A stretch of DNA of 63,538 nucleotides, filler included, from Octopus bimaculoides (GCF_001194135.2; 7 parts of 7 records of this genome joined end to end with filler, not necessarily neighbours in it), one strand, 5' to 3'. Counted from the whole stretch's first letter, positions 37,617 through 51,450 are shown. Notes: generated by a model from the letters alone, not told the origin. A program made the numbers and translations.

Positions 37617-39228
37617 CGTGCGTGTATGCGTATGTATATGTGTGTGTGTATACTTCTCCAACGCTTACCAGCTGAGACCACATCCAACAATTTTCCTGAG
37701 ATTTACAATTATTTACATTAAAACCATCAGCACACAATATCAACACTTACTCCTGGTTCACTGATTTATCTCTTAGTTTGTCCGGCTGTCTGTCTCTGTG
37801 CCTGTCTGTCTGTCTGTCAGTCTGTCTTTTTGTCTATCTATCTATCTATCTATCTAATTTCTATCTCTGTAAACTAGCAACCTTCACCGATTCCACCATA
37901 CCACACAACATAAACATCTCCACATTTATACAAACACGTGTCTGCAGACGAAAAATTATTTTTCTAATTATTGATGCTACGTTAATGTTTTCTCCGCACA
38001 TTTCTTCCAGTCAATACAATCACCACCATCCTCAGACGTATCACCACCACCACCACCACCATCACACCACCACCAAAGCCACCACCACTACACCACCACC
38101 AATACGAAGATGAGTACCATTACCTTCACCCACTTCTAAATACACACACTCTCACACACACGTTTTATGTATATACATATATACATATATATACAAACAT
38201 ACACTCACATATACACACACATTATACTTGTACCTATGTGTATGTATATATTGGAAGCAATGTTTCTTTCAGACATATAGTATTGAAAACAAGACTATAT
38301 TTTAGTTCTATCTTTTTATCAAATACAATTTTTTCATTATTTTCCTATAAGTCTATTAATGTTTTTTCTGAGCAGTAAAGTTCCAAAATCTATCATCGAC
38401 AGCTCTAGTCCTTCAAAGTAGCATATTCTGCATGAAATTATGTTGCTATGTATTGCTGCCTCTTTATTATAAAGCAAAGAGCCAATATGATTGTTGCAGA
38501 CAATAAAATCGGAATCTGAATTGTCATCAGTTGACTGTTCTTGCTTGTGACTAGTGTAGCTCTGTGTTTAGTTTAACGTCAAATGTTACGGGAATCTGGT
38601 ATAGATTAAATGGGTTGTTTACAAATGCTTCTTGTATAGTTTTAGTTTGAGGGGCAGATCATTACAATTGCTCCCTGTTGCAACTTTATTCTGGGCCAGC
38701 ATGAGTGTGTCGTACTTGTACGGCCAATATAATCGCTGGAATCGTGATGTTTACAGTTTTTACTTTGTTTGTCGAAGTTCGTCTGCAGCATTACAATCAT
38801 GATGTTATAGATAAGTAAGTTTAATTTTGATGTTATTGTAGTATACTATTAGTGTTAGTTTACGGCTTGGGGTAATGCACGTTGTGTTCTATTTCATAAA
38901 TGCAAAATGTACTGCACTTTGATAATGTGTTCATCCTATAATTTAAATGTATGATATGTCATACACTTTTTGTTTATTTTTAATACGTTTGGCGTATTTA
39001 TTAGGTTTTATTTCTAGTTGGATTTTCTATAGTCTAGTCTATTGTTTGTTAGATTACCCGTTGTTGATTAGTATTTGATTTATTTTGTAAATTTTTCTAT
39101 CAAGAACTTCGAAGAGAATCTACTTGCTCTTTTACGTAAAGATTTCACTGTTAATATTTTGTATCTAATAGAATGTAGCGGTATCTATATAAGTATAGGC
39201 ATTTATTTATGTCTTTGCTGGAAACTAT

Positions 39229-39730
39229 GTGATATATAATTATCCCTTTTTATCAGAATATTTGGCAAGGCATTGTCATTATATTTGTGAGAGTTTTATA
39301 GTACCTATTCCGGATGTTGAAAAAGTTGAATTTTACTCTGGTGTACAAGCAGTATCAAGTCATAAACATACAATATACACCAACTATACAAACAATATAA
39401 TTCTCATAGTGAATACACCAGAAGAAGTCGAGAAATTGAAGGAAGGTCTAAAGAAACAACTACACACTAAAATTCAGTCTTCAGAACTGTACAAACAAAA
39501 CTCTTACTATTGCAATGACTCAATTTCTGGGCATAAATTCAGAAAAGAACATGAGATATATCTTATCGCTGACATCGAAGACAAAGAAATACATACACTT
39601 ATATGGAAGCAGTGAAAAAAATGTTAAAGGTGAAATCCTTAGAAAGTCTTTTAGATTCTCCTTCACAAACGAAATACAAGGTAAAGTAATCTCCAGAATC
39701 AAAAAAGCACTAATTAACAGTAGACTGCGT
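39229..39730 (+). pseudogene. Unassigned decayed coding-like segment, possibly LINE ORF1; appears to resume at about 40100-40557 after an RTE insertion
   Basis: A 128-codon open frame in very AT-rich DNA is followed by further coding-like frames. No diagnostic motif. Confidence 0.3.
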
Positions 39731-39734
39731 GCGC

Positions 39735-40095
39735 GCACGCATCAACCCGCAGCCTCCCACCTCATAGCTATCCGTCACATGCGCTGGTACGGACATGTCT
39801 TCCGTCTCCCGCTACATCATCCCACCAGGATTTTACTCTCAGTCGACGCAGCAGCTGCGGGATGGGAGAAGCTTCGTGGCAGGCCCCGCATCAGATGACT
39901 GGACGTGATTGGGGAAGATCTCCAGATGCTCAACGTTACCTTTGAGGATGTTGAGGGGCTGGTATGGGATCGCCGACAATGGAGAGCACTGGTGGATCTG
40001 ATTGGTTCTACGCATGAGGACGCTTCTGGAACCGCTAACTTGGAATGATCCCCAAGCCCATCAAGCAGGAGTATGAAGCCAGCCAACAAACCAAG
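39735..40095 (+). pseudogene. RTE-clade C-terminal fragment
   Basis: RHMRWYGHVFRLP ... RGRPRIR*LDVIGEDL ... DRRQWRALV, the typical RTE C-terminus. Confidence 0.85.
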
Positions 40096-41984
40096 TATTC
40101 TAATAAACAAGTAGATCAAGTGACAGAACAATACAAGTACAATGTCATTGGCATTATACCGACTAAGAAAGACAAAGTACAAATAAAATGCATTACATGA
40201 ATCAAGTGTTTTACTAATGATAGAATTGATGAACTCAATCAAAAATCTTATAAAACAGAACATAAATCATATTCTATTACAAAAAATACTAAATTAAAAA
40301 AAAGATTCTTATCATTAAGGAACCACAAGTACTAAATCTGCAAACAATGGCCAATATGATGTACGAATTTGACTGCAAACGTGAAAATTATGAATTTCAA
40401 GATTGCAACTTATATTGGACCAACAAATAAGAAACTCTATATCTGTTATAGCAAGCACCACACCAAAGAGCAATTTCAATGCACTGCATCACACACTATG
40501 CAGAACAAAACAAGAGGAAAACATTGGCTAACAAATATATATGCTGCGCAGAATTAACACATAATGAAATGAGAAGTAATAATTTACTAATACAAAGGTT
40601 TTTTTAGTGCGTAGATTTCATCTTCATTATAATTGAGCAAATATAGGAAAAGTATGGAAAAACCTAGGTGTGTGTGAAAACCTCGATTTATGAACTTTAC
40701 CAGAAATATTACGTTCAAATTTAAATATATTGAATTCTGCGTGTCTGTAAGTAAAGTTAACTGATGATAGTTGGAAAAGTTTCCTAAAAATTGATCAAGT
40801 GATATTTCAGAGAGGTTATCGAGAATTTTTAAATAAATAATAGAGATTGTATTCTAAAGAATAAAATATATCGCTAATTATTAATGTAAGGAAATGTAAA
40901 CTCGGTAAGATGTAACTTAATACTCTTTACTACTCTTTAAGAGACCGAACTACTTATATAAGCTTCCTGCAGATACCCCATCCCCAAACGGTAGCAACCG
41001 GTAGCATTCCATTGTTGAGTGACTAGGGAAAGATAATGGTGACAAGAAAGTATCCAAACTGTCGGGGGAAATACAAAAAAAAAAAGGAAAAAAGAGAAAG
41101 AAGTCACAACACTAAAAGCGAACATCAACAGAAAACTATTAAAGCAGGTGAGGGAAGAGGAAATAACCCCTCCAAAAACAACAGCGATGCCATTCCCCTG
41201 AGCATTAATGAAGACAATGACATTGAATTGAGATTCAATGCTCTTTGAAGATAAAACCAACAGCTAATAGACAAAATCACGTATTTGTGGTGTTATGGAT
41301 ATTGCTGTGATGTAAAATGACAGACCGGCCGCTGGGGCTGGAATACAGGAGACACTTGGAAGACGGTTCTTGGTAAGAGAAATTAAAAAATAGTACGATG
41401 AAGTGAAACAAACTCATCTTAAAGAAATGAGTAGTTATTTACCCCATCCAAGTCAAAACTTCCTGACGGCAGCTTTGGTACACGGTACAGTAACAGAATA
41501 TGGCACTTAGTCCAGCAAATTCGGTAAAAATTGGATGAGGGTGTGAGCATGGTCCGACGGAACAGGATTACTTCGATCATGAGGATTTGTTCTGAGTGCG
41601 CAGTGAGAGCAAATTCCATTGCAGTCAAACTTTCTTTGTATCATTTCGGGATCGATAAAATAAAGTACCACTGAAGTATGTCCTCCCCTCAAAATTGCTG
41701 ATCTTAGAAACCAATAAGAAGGCAGCAAGCTGGGAGACTTCTTAGAACTGTTTACGTTCTGAGTTCAAATTCTACCGAGTTTGATTTTCATCCTTTCGGG
41801 GTCGATGAAAAAAGCTGAGCACTAGAGTCGATGAAATCGACTATCCCCTCCCCATAAAATGTAGTGATTCCAGAACCCATGGGGACGAAAGGAAGTCAGT
41901 CAAACACCTTCTTGTAACCAAGTCATTCTGTCATAAGTTTTCTGCAATTAATTTTTTTCAAAGTCTTCACTTGTCTTCAAGTCC

Positions 41985-43495
41985 TGTCCCACTGCATGGC
42001 ATCTCGGGAAAGTGTCTTCTGCTATAGACTTGGGCCGACCAAAGCATTGTGAGTGGATTTGGTGAACGAAAACAAAGAAGCTCGTCGTATATATGAGGTG
42101 ATATCAAAAAATCCCCGGACTAGTTGTTTAATAAAAAATAATTTTTTCTTTTTCCCTAAGTTTTAACATCATCTCCTTTGAAATAGTTACCTTGCGCAGC
42201 ACTATACCGGTCCCAGCGTTCCTGCCACTTTTGGAATCCAGCTTGGAAGTCGTTTTCTCTAAGCGAGTCGGAGACCTTCTGTGATTCACTCTGGATTTTG
42301 ACAACGGTGTTAAAACGGCGACCTTTGAGTTGCATTTTCCTCTTGGGGAAGAGATGGAAGTCTGCAGGTGTTAAATCTGGCGAATAGGGCGGGTGCAGAA
42401 GCCATATCATGTTGCTTTTGACAATAACTCACGATTGAGAAAAGCTCGGTGGCAGGGTGCATTTTGTAGTTGTGAAGAATCGTATTCTTTGCGCTTCACA
42501 GATCCGGTCGCTTTCGCCGAATGTTCTCCTTCAAACGCTTCAAACGTCGCAATAGAACTCTCGATTCACACTTTGGCCCTGGGGGACGAGTTATCGATGT
42601 ACAATACCACAGATGTCGAAAAAACAACGATGAGCATCTTGATTGAGCTCTGTCATGCGGTCTTCGTGGAGATGAAGGGCTCTTTCACTGTGACGACTGC
42701 TACTTCGCCTGAGGGCTGTACTCGTAGACTCAACTCTCGTCACTGGTGGTGATCCTCGACATAAGGATGAGTCATCAGCGGCACACTGACGGAGATTTTG
42801 ACAAATTTTAATGCAATGTTCTTTCTGCTCAGTAGTCAGTAGGCAGGGAACAAACTTAGCAGAGATTTGCCGCATGTTCAATTCATGTTAGGATTGCCAG
42901 CACGGACTCATACGACAGATCAACAACATCAGTAATGTTGTTGATTTTCCTCTGACAATCTTCTTGCACAAGCTGATGAAGTTTCTCCACATTTCCGGAG
43001 GTGACGCTCGTGGCAGGTCTTCCAGATCACTCATCGTCTCCCAGGGACGTTCTTCCGCTTTTGAAGCACCCGTGCCACTCGAAACATTGCGAACGACCAA
43101 GTGCCTCGTCACCGTAAGCTTTTCGAAGTATGCTCAATGTATCCGTAGCAGACTTCTCAAGTTTAACGCAAAATTTCACGTTGGCTCTTTGTTCCGACTT
43201 CCTGTCCATGAAAAAATCAGAGACTACAGCATACACGTGATCACAAACACACAAATTTCACAACCTGCGAAGTAAACACAGCGATGTCACTCGGTACACT
43301 GACTCATAAAGGTCACTGCTAGTTCTCATTGGGCACGTAACCGTGTACTGCCATCTGTTGGCGCGCTGCAGAACTACTCCGAGAACGTCTTGATACCACC
43401 TCGTATCTATATGTGTGTCTTTACGTTTGTGTTCATTCCCTACTACAACGTGACTACCGGTGTTGATGTGTTTATGTCCCTGTAAGCGGGGTCAC
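41985..43495 (+). mobile_element. CORE-like SINE split by the mariner insertion (head 41985-42091, body about 43406-43495)
   Basis: GGAAAGTGTCTTCT-CTATAG ... GGGCCGACCAAAGC-TTGTGAGTGGATTTGGT lies to the left; ACCGGTGTTGATGTGTTTATGTCCC lies to the right. Confidence 0.7.
42094..43403 (-). mobile_element. Full-length (1310 bp) decayed mariner transposon
   Basis: TIRs of about 32 bp (TGAGGTGATATCAAAAAATCCCCGGACTAGTT / AACTACTCCGAGAACGTCTTGATACCACCTCG) with TA flanks. Transposase fragments: EQRANVKFCVKL ... , SAKFVPCLLT, HPPYSPDLTPADFHLFP ... KWQERW. Multiple frameshifts. Confidence 0.97.
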
Positions 43496-43528
43496 AGAAT
43501 GTGTGACAAAAGGACTTTGACAGACAAA

Positions 43529-43560
<32 letters not shown>

Positions 43561-43778
43561 AAACCTTTCTACTAAAGGCACAAAGCCTGACATTTTGCGG
43601 GAGGAGGAGACGAGTCGATTCCATCGACCTCAGCACTCCACTAAATTTACCGACCCCGAAATGATGAAAGTCAAAGTTGATCTCGGCGCAATTGGAACTC
43701 AGAACGTGGTGACAAACGAAATTCCGCCAACCATATCGTCCGGCTTGCTAACGATTCTGCCAGCTCGCCGTTTTATAT

Positions 43779-43854
<76 letters not shown>

Positions 43855-43857
<3 letters not shown>

Positions 43858-44360
43858 GCCCGGATGCAGTACCAGGCAGTGGCTCTTATGGCTTCTGATC
43901 TTAACTGATTGGAAGTGTTATCATGTACATTGCTTTGTCTTGGTATAAAAGATGGCCTACAACAAATATTCTGCTTAATACCACAGATTTGCTTATCAGT
44001 TGTTTGACTTTAACCAGTTGAGCATGTCCCTTGGTGGCTGATNNNNNNNNNNNNNNNNNNNNNNNNNNNNNNNNNNNNNNNNNNNNNNNNNNNNNNNNNN
44101 NNNNNNNNNNNNNNNNNNNNNNNNNNNNNNNNNNNNNNNNNNNNNNNNNNNNNNNNNNNNNNNNNNNNNNNNNNNNNNNNNNNNNNNNNNNNNNNNNNNN
44201 NNNNNNNNNNNNNNNNNNNNNNNNNNNNCATGTCGCGCACATATGGTTGTGATGCATGTGCCTGGTGTACCCTTATCAGACGGGTAGTCATGATGGGTAT
44301 AATGGGCTTCGTATATTTTACCCCAGTGTCACTTTGATGGCATGCACTGCTCTCTCACTC
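43855..44360. mobile_element. Non-coding element of about 500 bp embedded between two (AAT)n arrays
   Basis: (AAT)n at about 43781-43853 and 44361-44420 directly abut a non-microsatellite body, which contains an N gap at 44043-44228. Confidence 0.6.
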
Positions 44361-44420
<60 letters not shown>

Positions 44421-44693
44421 CCTTTCTACTAAAGGCATCAGGCCTGAAATTTGGCAGGAGGGGAATAATCGATTACAAGAACCCCAATGCTACACTGGTA
44501 CTTAATTTATCGACCTCGAAAGGATGATAAGCTAAGTCAACCTCGGCGGAAATTGGACTCAGAATGTAAATGCTGCTAAACACTTTGTCCGGTGTGTTAA
44601 CGATTCTGCCAGCTCACCACCTTGACGATGATAATGATAATTAAAATGGAAATGAAGACCAAATAGTGCGTGTGTTAGATGACCATCCCATAG

Positions 44694-44736
<43 letters not shown>

Positions 44737-45714
44737 CATACATACATACATACACACGTATATGTCTGTGTTTGTATATATATATATATATATNNNNNNN
44801 NNNNNNNNNNNNNNNNNNNNNNNNNNNNNNNNNNNNNNNNNNNNNNNNNNNNNNNNNNNNNNNNNNNNNNNNNNNNNNNNNNNNNNNNNNNNNNNNNNNN
44901 NNNNNNNNNNNNNNNNNNNNNNNNNNNNNNNNNNNNNNNNNNNNNNNNNNNNNNNNNNNNNNNNNNNNNNNNNNNNNNNNNNNNNNNNNNNNNNNNNNNN
45001 NNNNNNNNNNNNNNNNNNNNNNNNNNNNNNNNNNNNNNNNNNNNNNNNNNNNNNNNNNNNNNNNNNNNNNNNNNNNNNNNNNNNNNNNNNNNNNNNNNNN
45101 NNNNNNNNNNNNNNNNNNNNNNNNNNNNNNNNNNNNNNNNNNNNNNNNNNNNNNNNNNNNNNNNNNNNNNNNNNNNNNNNNNNNNNNNNNNNNNNNNNNN
45201 NNNNNNNNNNNNNNNNNNNNNNNNNNNNNNNNNNNNNNNNNNNNNNNNNNNNNNNNNNNNNNNNNNNNNNNNNNNNNNNNNNNNNNNNNNNNNNNNNNNN
45301 NNNNNNNNNNNNNNNNNNNNNNNNNNNNNNNNNNNNNNNNNNNNNNNNNNNNNNNNNNNNNNNNNNNNNNNNNNNNNNNNNNNNNNNNNNNNNNNNNNNN
45401 NNNNNNNNNNNNNNNNNNNNNNNNNNNNNNNNNNNNNNNNNNNNNNNNNNNNNNNNNNNNNNNNNNNNNNNNNNNNNNNNNNNNNNNNNNNNNNNNNNNN
45501 NNNNNNNNNNNNNNNNNNNNNNNNNNNNNNNNNNNNNNNNNNNNNNNNNNNNNNNNNNNNNNNNNNNNNNNNNNNNNNNNNNNNNNNNNNNNNNNNNNNN
45601 NNNNNNNNNNNNNNNNNNNNNNNNNNNNNNNNNNNNNNNNNNNNNNNNNNNNNNNNNNNNNNNNNNNNNNNNNNNNNNNNNNNNNNNNNNNNNNNNNNNN
45701 NNNNNNNNNNNNNN

Positions 45715-45745
<31 letters not shown>

Positions 45746-46360
45746 TATATATGCACACATATATATACATATATACACACACACATATAGATACACATAT
45801 ACAATTTATATATGTATGTATATGTTTACATATATATGAATGTATGTTTAGAGAGAAAGGCATAGTGTGAGAGGGAGAGAGAGGGGAGAGGCAGTGAGTG
45901 AATCATATACTTCAATTAATCGATCAGTCTGCTCTGTCCATATTTGTATCTCCTTTGCTCTCGCCCCTGGCTCTCTGCAACCGCACTTTCTATAGCCCCT
46001 TCTTTGTTTTACTCAGCCGCCAGCCCTCTCACTTGTCATTCACTTCACCTTCTCTTCTTTTGCCTTTTCTGTCACATTTTCTCCACATACCAATGCTTTC
46101 ACATATACACACACCACGCATGCACATACAGACACACATACTGATAAACACTCGCTCGCTCACACATACGCGCACAGATCCAAGCTGAAATCGATATATC
46201 GAAATATCTATATAAATATCATAAATCTAAATTACTGATAGAATCGTCTATGCATTGATCTGTCCGTGCGTCCCTCGTTTTCTTCCCCGTTCCTCTTCAT
46301 ACACCCTAGACACGTACTCTGACGCACAGACACTCATACATGCGCGTGTAGACAAACATG

Positions 46361-46418
<58 letters not shown>

Positions 46419-46480
46419 CACTTGTCTATGCTTCACGCGTATGCATGTGTGTGTGTATATATATATGTATATATACATTA

Positions 46481-46513
<33 letters not shown>

Positions 46514-47340
46514 NNNNNNNNNNNNNNNNNNNNNNNNNNNNNNNNNNNNNNNNNNNNNNNNNNNNNNNNNNNNNNNNNNNNNNNNNNNNNNNNNNNNNNN
46601 NNNNNNNNNNNNNNNNNNNNNNNNNNNNNNNNNNNNNNNNNNNNNNNNNNNNNNNNNNNNNNNNNNNNNNNNNNNNNNNNNNNNNNNNNNNNNNNNNNNN
46701 NNNNNNNNNNNNNNNNNNNNNNNNNNNNNNNNNNNNNNNNNNNNNNNNNNNNNNNNNNNNNNNNNNNNNNNNNNNNNNNNNNNNNNNNNNNNNNNNNNNN
46801 NNNNNNNNNNNNNNNNNNNNNNNNNNNNNNNNNNNNNNNNNNNNNNNNNNNNNNNNNNNNNNNNNNNNNNNNNNNNNNNNNNNNNNNNNNNNNNNNNNNN
46901 NNNNNNNNNNNNNNNNNNNNNNNNNNNNNNNNNNNNNNNNNNNNNNNNNNNNNNNNNNNNNNNNNNNNNNNNNNNNNNNNNNNNNNNNNNNNNNNNNNNN
47001 NNNNNNNNNNNNNNNNNNNNNNNNNNNNNNNNNNNNNNNNNNNNNNNNNNNNNNNNNNNNNNNNNNNNNNNNNNNNNNNNNNNNNNNNNNNNNNNNNNNN
47101 NNNNNNNNNNNNNNNNNNNNNNNNNNNNNNNNNNNNNNNNNNNNNNNNNNNNNNNNNNNNNNNNNNNNNNNNNNNNNNNNNNNNNNNNNNNNNNNNNNNN
47201 NNNNNNNNNNNNNNNNNNNNNNNNNNNNNNNNNNNNNNNNNNNNNNNNNNNNNNNNNNNNNNNNNNNNNNNNNNNNNNNNNNNNNNNNNNNNNNNNNNNN
47301 NNNNNNNNNNNNNNNNNNNNNNNNNNNNNNNNNNNNNNNA

Positions 47341-47359
47341 TCATCATCCCACCATCTTT

Positions 47360-47435
<76 letters not shown>

Positions 47436-47445
47436 TTATCATCTT
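47341..47445. repeat. Compound microsatellite (CAT)n-(CGT)n
   Basis: Direct reading; it explains the poly-H/R, poly-I/V and poly-D ORF artefacts. Confidence 0.95.
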
Positions 47446-47672
47446 CAACGTCATTGTCTATTGACATTTACCTATTGACCTTTATGTGATTTAGTGATTT
47501 ATCTCCTGACATTCTATGATGTTCACAAACTACCTAACAGTTGCTCTCTAATTATATTAGACCCCCGGATCTCTGGATCTAAACATTGATAAATTTCTAA
47601 TGCTATCTATGCTAGCTACATCAAGGCATTTTACCAGCTTGTCTGCTATTGCTGATTTACAATCCTTGTATA

Positions 47673-48125
47673 CGAGGGTGATCTGAAAAACTCATAGGTT
47701 GACTATGAAGGAGTGATGCTAGATCTGTGAAATATTGCATGCATTAATTTCAACTCTCCTTATATATCTGTATTGTGTCTTTCCAGGTAAACAAACACTG
47801 TCCAAAGAAGACTCAAAAGCATATTGCAGCAACAGCAGATATGACGTCATAATCACTGCAATGCTGGTTCGCAGCCAAGTGTTTTTTCATGTTGGCGAAC
47901 AAATGATTGTCAGATGGAGTCAAATCAAGAGAATAGGGACGATGATCAACCAGTTCAAAGCCACAATCACGCACAACATCCATTTAAAGCAAGGACTTGT
48001 GTGATGGAGAATTGTTCTGATGAATCAAGTCCCCTCTCGTCAGTTTTCTTGATAGCCTTTCGTAACTGTCTCAGCAAGTTGGCATAATACTCTCCATTGA
48101 TGGTATGGCACTTTTGAAAGGCTCA
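47673..48125 (-). pseudogene. mariner fragment (one TIR plus transposase C-terminus), a different family from 42094-43403
   Basis: TA|CGAGGGTGATCTGAAAA terminus. The minus-strand frame reads DCGFELVDHRPYSLDLTPSDNHLFANMKKHLA. Confidence 0.85.
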
Positions 48126-48672
48126 TGTTTCAGATTAATACAGCAGGGATGTGATGACGTAATCATCAAATATACAAAGCTTAGTGAACAGTGTCGAGTC
48201 CATGTCTAAAAAAACCGTCCCTAGAGTTGCTAGAATATACATTAGATTAGGTCCCCTGGACAAGTCAGTTTAGTTCTACGTAGTTCTTTCATAGAGTAAC
48301 ATTAACATGAGCTTCTTCAGACTTATTTTAAGTCCAAAAGTAAGACAAGCACTGGAAAGGAGGTGGAGGGGTCTTTATTTTCAGAACAACTTTTCGAGTG
48401 GTCTACAAGAACACAATAATTTAGAATTCAACAAGAGATATAAAAGTTCTTTCATTTAATTTTGAACACCACTGCACAGTTGGAGCAGGTCTCTCTCTCT
48501 CTTTAATACCAGCGTTGCTCTGGAATGGTTTCTGATCGAGTACGATTTCAGTGGAAGTAGGCCTTCGTGTCAGTGAGTATTTGGACAAACAAACCAACAC
48601 AGAGACAGAGGGATAGAAGTATTAAGGAGGGGCGAGAAAAAAAAATGAAAGAGACACAGTGAAGCTAATTGG

Positions 48673-48776
48673 TTCGCTAACGGTTTCCAAAGTTAGCGAA
48701 AACGCTAATCCGCTAAATGAAAAGTTAGCTTCTGTAATTAGCTGTTAGCGGATTAGCGGAACCGTTCCCACCACCG
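48673..48776. repeat. GCTAA/TTAGC-rich double-hairpin, possibly a hAT-type MITE remnant
   Basis: Perfect stems TTCGCTAAC/GTTAGCGAA (48673-48700) and CGCTAATCCGCTAA/TTAGCGGATTAGCG (48703-48758). Confidence 0.5.
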
Positions 48777-49159
48777 CATATATGTATATACACAGACAAA
48801 CACGCGCGCGCGCACACACATAGGTATACATATATACATACATGCATATTCATACACTTACGTATATGTATTAATATATACACAATGGTATTGATGTTCC
48901 ATTCTAAGACAGAAAATTGGTTGGATAAAATTTTTCCTGTTTTTAGAAAATATGATTATAAAATTTGAGTTGTACTTGTGAGGTTTTTCAGTGATGATCG
49001 TAAAGAAAGAAACTGGTAAAACTAAATTTATTTGAAAATGATATGCATAATCTGAAAGTAAGTTCTAAAGGGGTAAGTAATGTGTGGAATGTAAAACACC
49101 TGTTCATCTTTGATGATTTTGTTGGAAATTTAAAAAAGTGTACTTGATATCTAGTGAAG

Positions 49160-49345
49160 GTGCATAGTCTAATGGTTAGGGTATTCAGCTCACAGTCATT
49201 AAATCGTGAGTTCGATTCCCGGCGGCGTTTCCCTGACAACTTCGTTAAGGGGTACGCGTGTGGAGTGCTCAGCCACTGGCAAGTTAATTTCACGAGTAGG
49301 CTGTTCCGTTGATCGGATCAACTGGAACATTCGTCGTCGTAACTT
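49160..49345 (+). mobile_element. tRNA-derived SINE
   Basis: TAGTCTAATGG (A-box-like) and GAGTTCGATTCCC (B-box), followed by a non-tRNA body. Confidence 0.7.
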
Positions 49346-51437
49346 GATATTTTGATGGTAAGTTGGGACATTGCTTCAATCAGCTAAGAAGTGCGTCTGA
49401 ATCCCTGGTTGGCACGGGCGGTGCAGTAGTATGGAGTGTGCGGGCCGCACAGATAGACCATTTCATATACATGCATTTACTGTGGTCGAAAGTATGTTAG
49501 GCTTAAGGGACGTAATAGTCGATTTGGCTCTCTCACATTGCAGTAAAATCCCACTCTACTCCACTGGACACGACTGAGTTTATTTAAATACCGTCATAAT
49601 CTTAAAGTAATCTTTGCAAACACATAAACACAAACTGATTTCTTATATTTTTGCCATATTTTTTACTCTGATTAATTATGAATGATAAAGTTTATCGACA
49701 AACTTCTCAAAATGTTTCACTGATATCTACCACCTTTTGTATGCGAGGTTTATTCAATTATAAATTCCCTCATTTATTAGAAAATATCCAATAAAAATAA
49801 AATTAAGAATTGAACGAAAGACCGAATAGTTCAAATAAAGTGAATAATAATAGATATCAGTGTGGTTGTAAATGTGTGAATCGTATACCCCAATATATAG
49901 GATTGTGTGTTGTGTGTACTTACGCATATGTAAGTTAGTCTATAAATGTATGTAAAATAGGTGCATATATGTTTAGATGCCTGTATGTGTATGTACGAAT
50001 GCGTGTCTGTCTGATTCATAAATAAGTCTTATATGAACGAGTAGGAAAGTCATAGAATAATTTTAAATGTATTATTTCAACAGAAAAGAAAACAAGCAGT
50101 AACAATTTTATTACTTTACCATATGTTAATGGGAAGAATGTATTAGATTGCTTGCTCATATATAGTGATTTTAAATCCGTTGCTGGAGCTTTGATGAGTT
50201 TCTGGCAGAACATTTTATTCTACATCGCCTTAGTTTATTTGGTTGTTGCCCATAGTAACCAGATCATTGCAATAGACTACTTTTCTCCCAAAAGTGAGAT
50301 GTATCACACCACCACTACTATGAGATCAGAGCTGTGCACCTACATTTAAACCTTTCTTGATCTCAAAAAGAAAGCTATATCTTGTTAGATTACATATTAC
50401 AGTGTGACACAAACTAGGGATGTCACTAGTTCATTTAGTAGCGTATTTTTATTAATTGTTTTTACAATTAATCAATAGGAAATTAAAGATTGATTTATAA
50501 TTGTAATTGTTCTCTGAATAACAGTTATTTACAATAAAAACACAACTAGATCCAAATCTTTTATTGGTTTCACGCTCGCTACTAAACCACCAGCATGCAA
50601 AAATACTCCCTCTCTTATCCTTTTCCCTCTCTCCCTACCCCGTATCTTGCGCACGAATAAATACACTCTTTAGAAGTCTCGTTTATATTTTTAAGAAACG
50701 AATGATTCATAAATTTGATACACATAACCAGTCCTAACATGTACACGAGAACAAAACTATAGATCTATTGTTTGCTTGTATACCATATAGAAGCTCTTCA
50801 CGGGTTACTGTAGCAACTTCTTTTAGCACTTGCAGGAGATTTGTATATGAAATTTAGTTACAAAAACGTTCATGATTTGTTCATGCTTTATATTCGAGCG
50901 AAAACATATTTCCTAAACGGAAACTACTTGCATCTACAGCCTCTCGTCTCATTTCTAATGAATGAGTGCTACAAATTCTTTGGCAATCTCTCCTGTTCTT
51001 CGAATTAGTATTGAGGAATATTACTGGATTACTCTAGTTTTCGAAAAAACATGACCGAACTTTCATTTTGTTGAACTTGAAAAGTTGTAGTCAATCAGGG
51101 AAATCAGAAGGAGAGATGTTTTAGAGAGGAAGAATTGGGCAGTTTGGAGTGGAAACTCAGCAATCCAAAGAAAAATAGGACATTGTAGTAGCAGCAGGAT
51201 AAGTAGAACGAAAAACTAGCACTTGTCTAGGGTGTTTGTGTGAGTAGCACTAGTACCTACCCTCATATGAAAGCATGACGCCCAAAATAGTGGGTCTTAC
51301 TTGAACTTTGTATTGGAGCAACAATTATACAATGCTGATGTGTAGCTGTGGTAGCTATATTCTGCGCCGAAAAGAATTGTCAGACATTGAGAAACCACAC
51401 AATTTGGAGTGACTTTGAGTATTTCTCAAGAAAGATA

Positions 51438-51450
51438 GACAGACAGATAG

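Noticed and set aside
49160-49225. tRNA-like sequence with A and B boxes
   Set aside because: No complete cloverleaf or acceptor stem, and it continues into a repeat body, so it is a SINE head rather than a tRNA gene.
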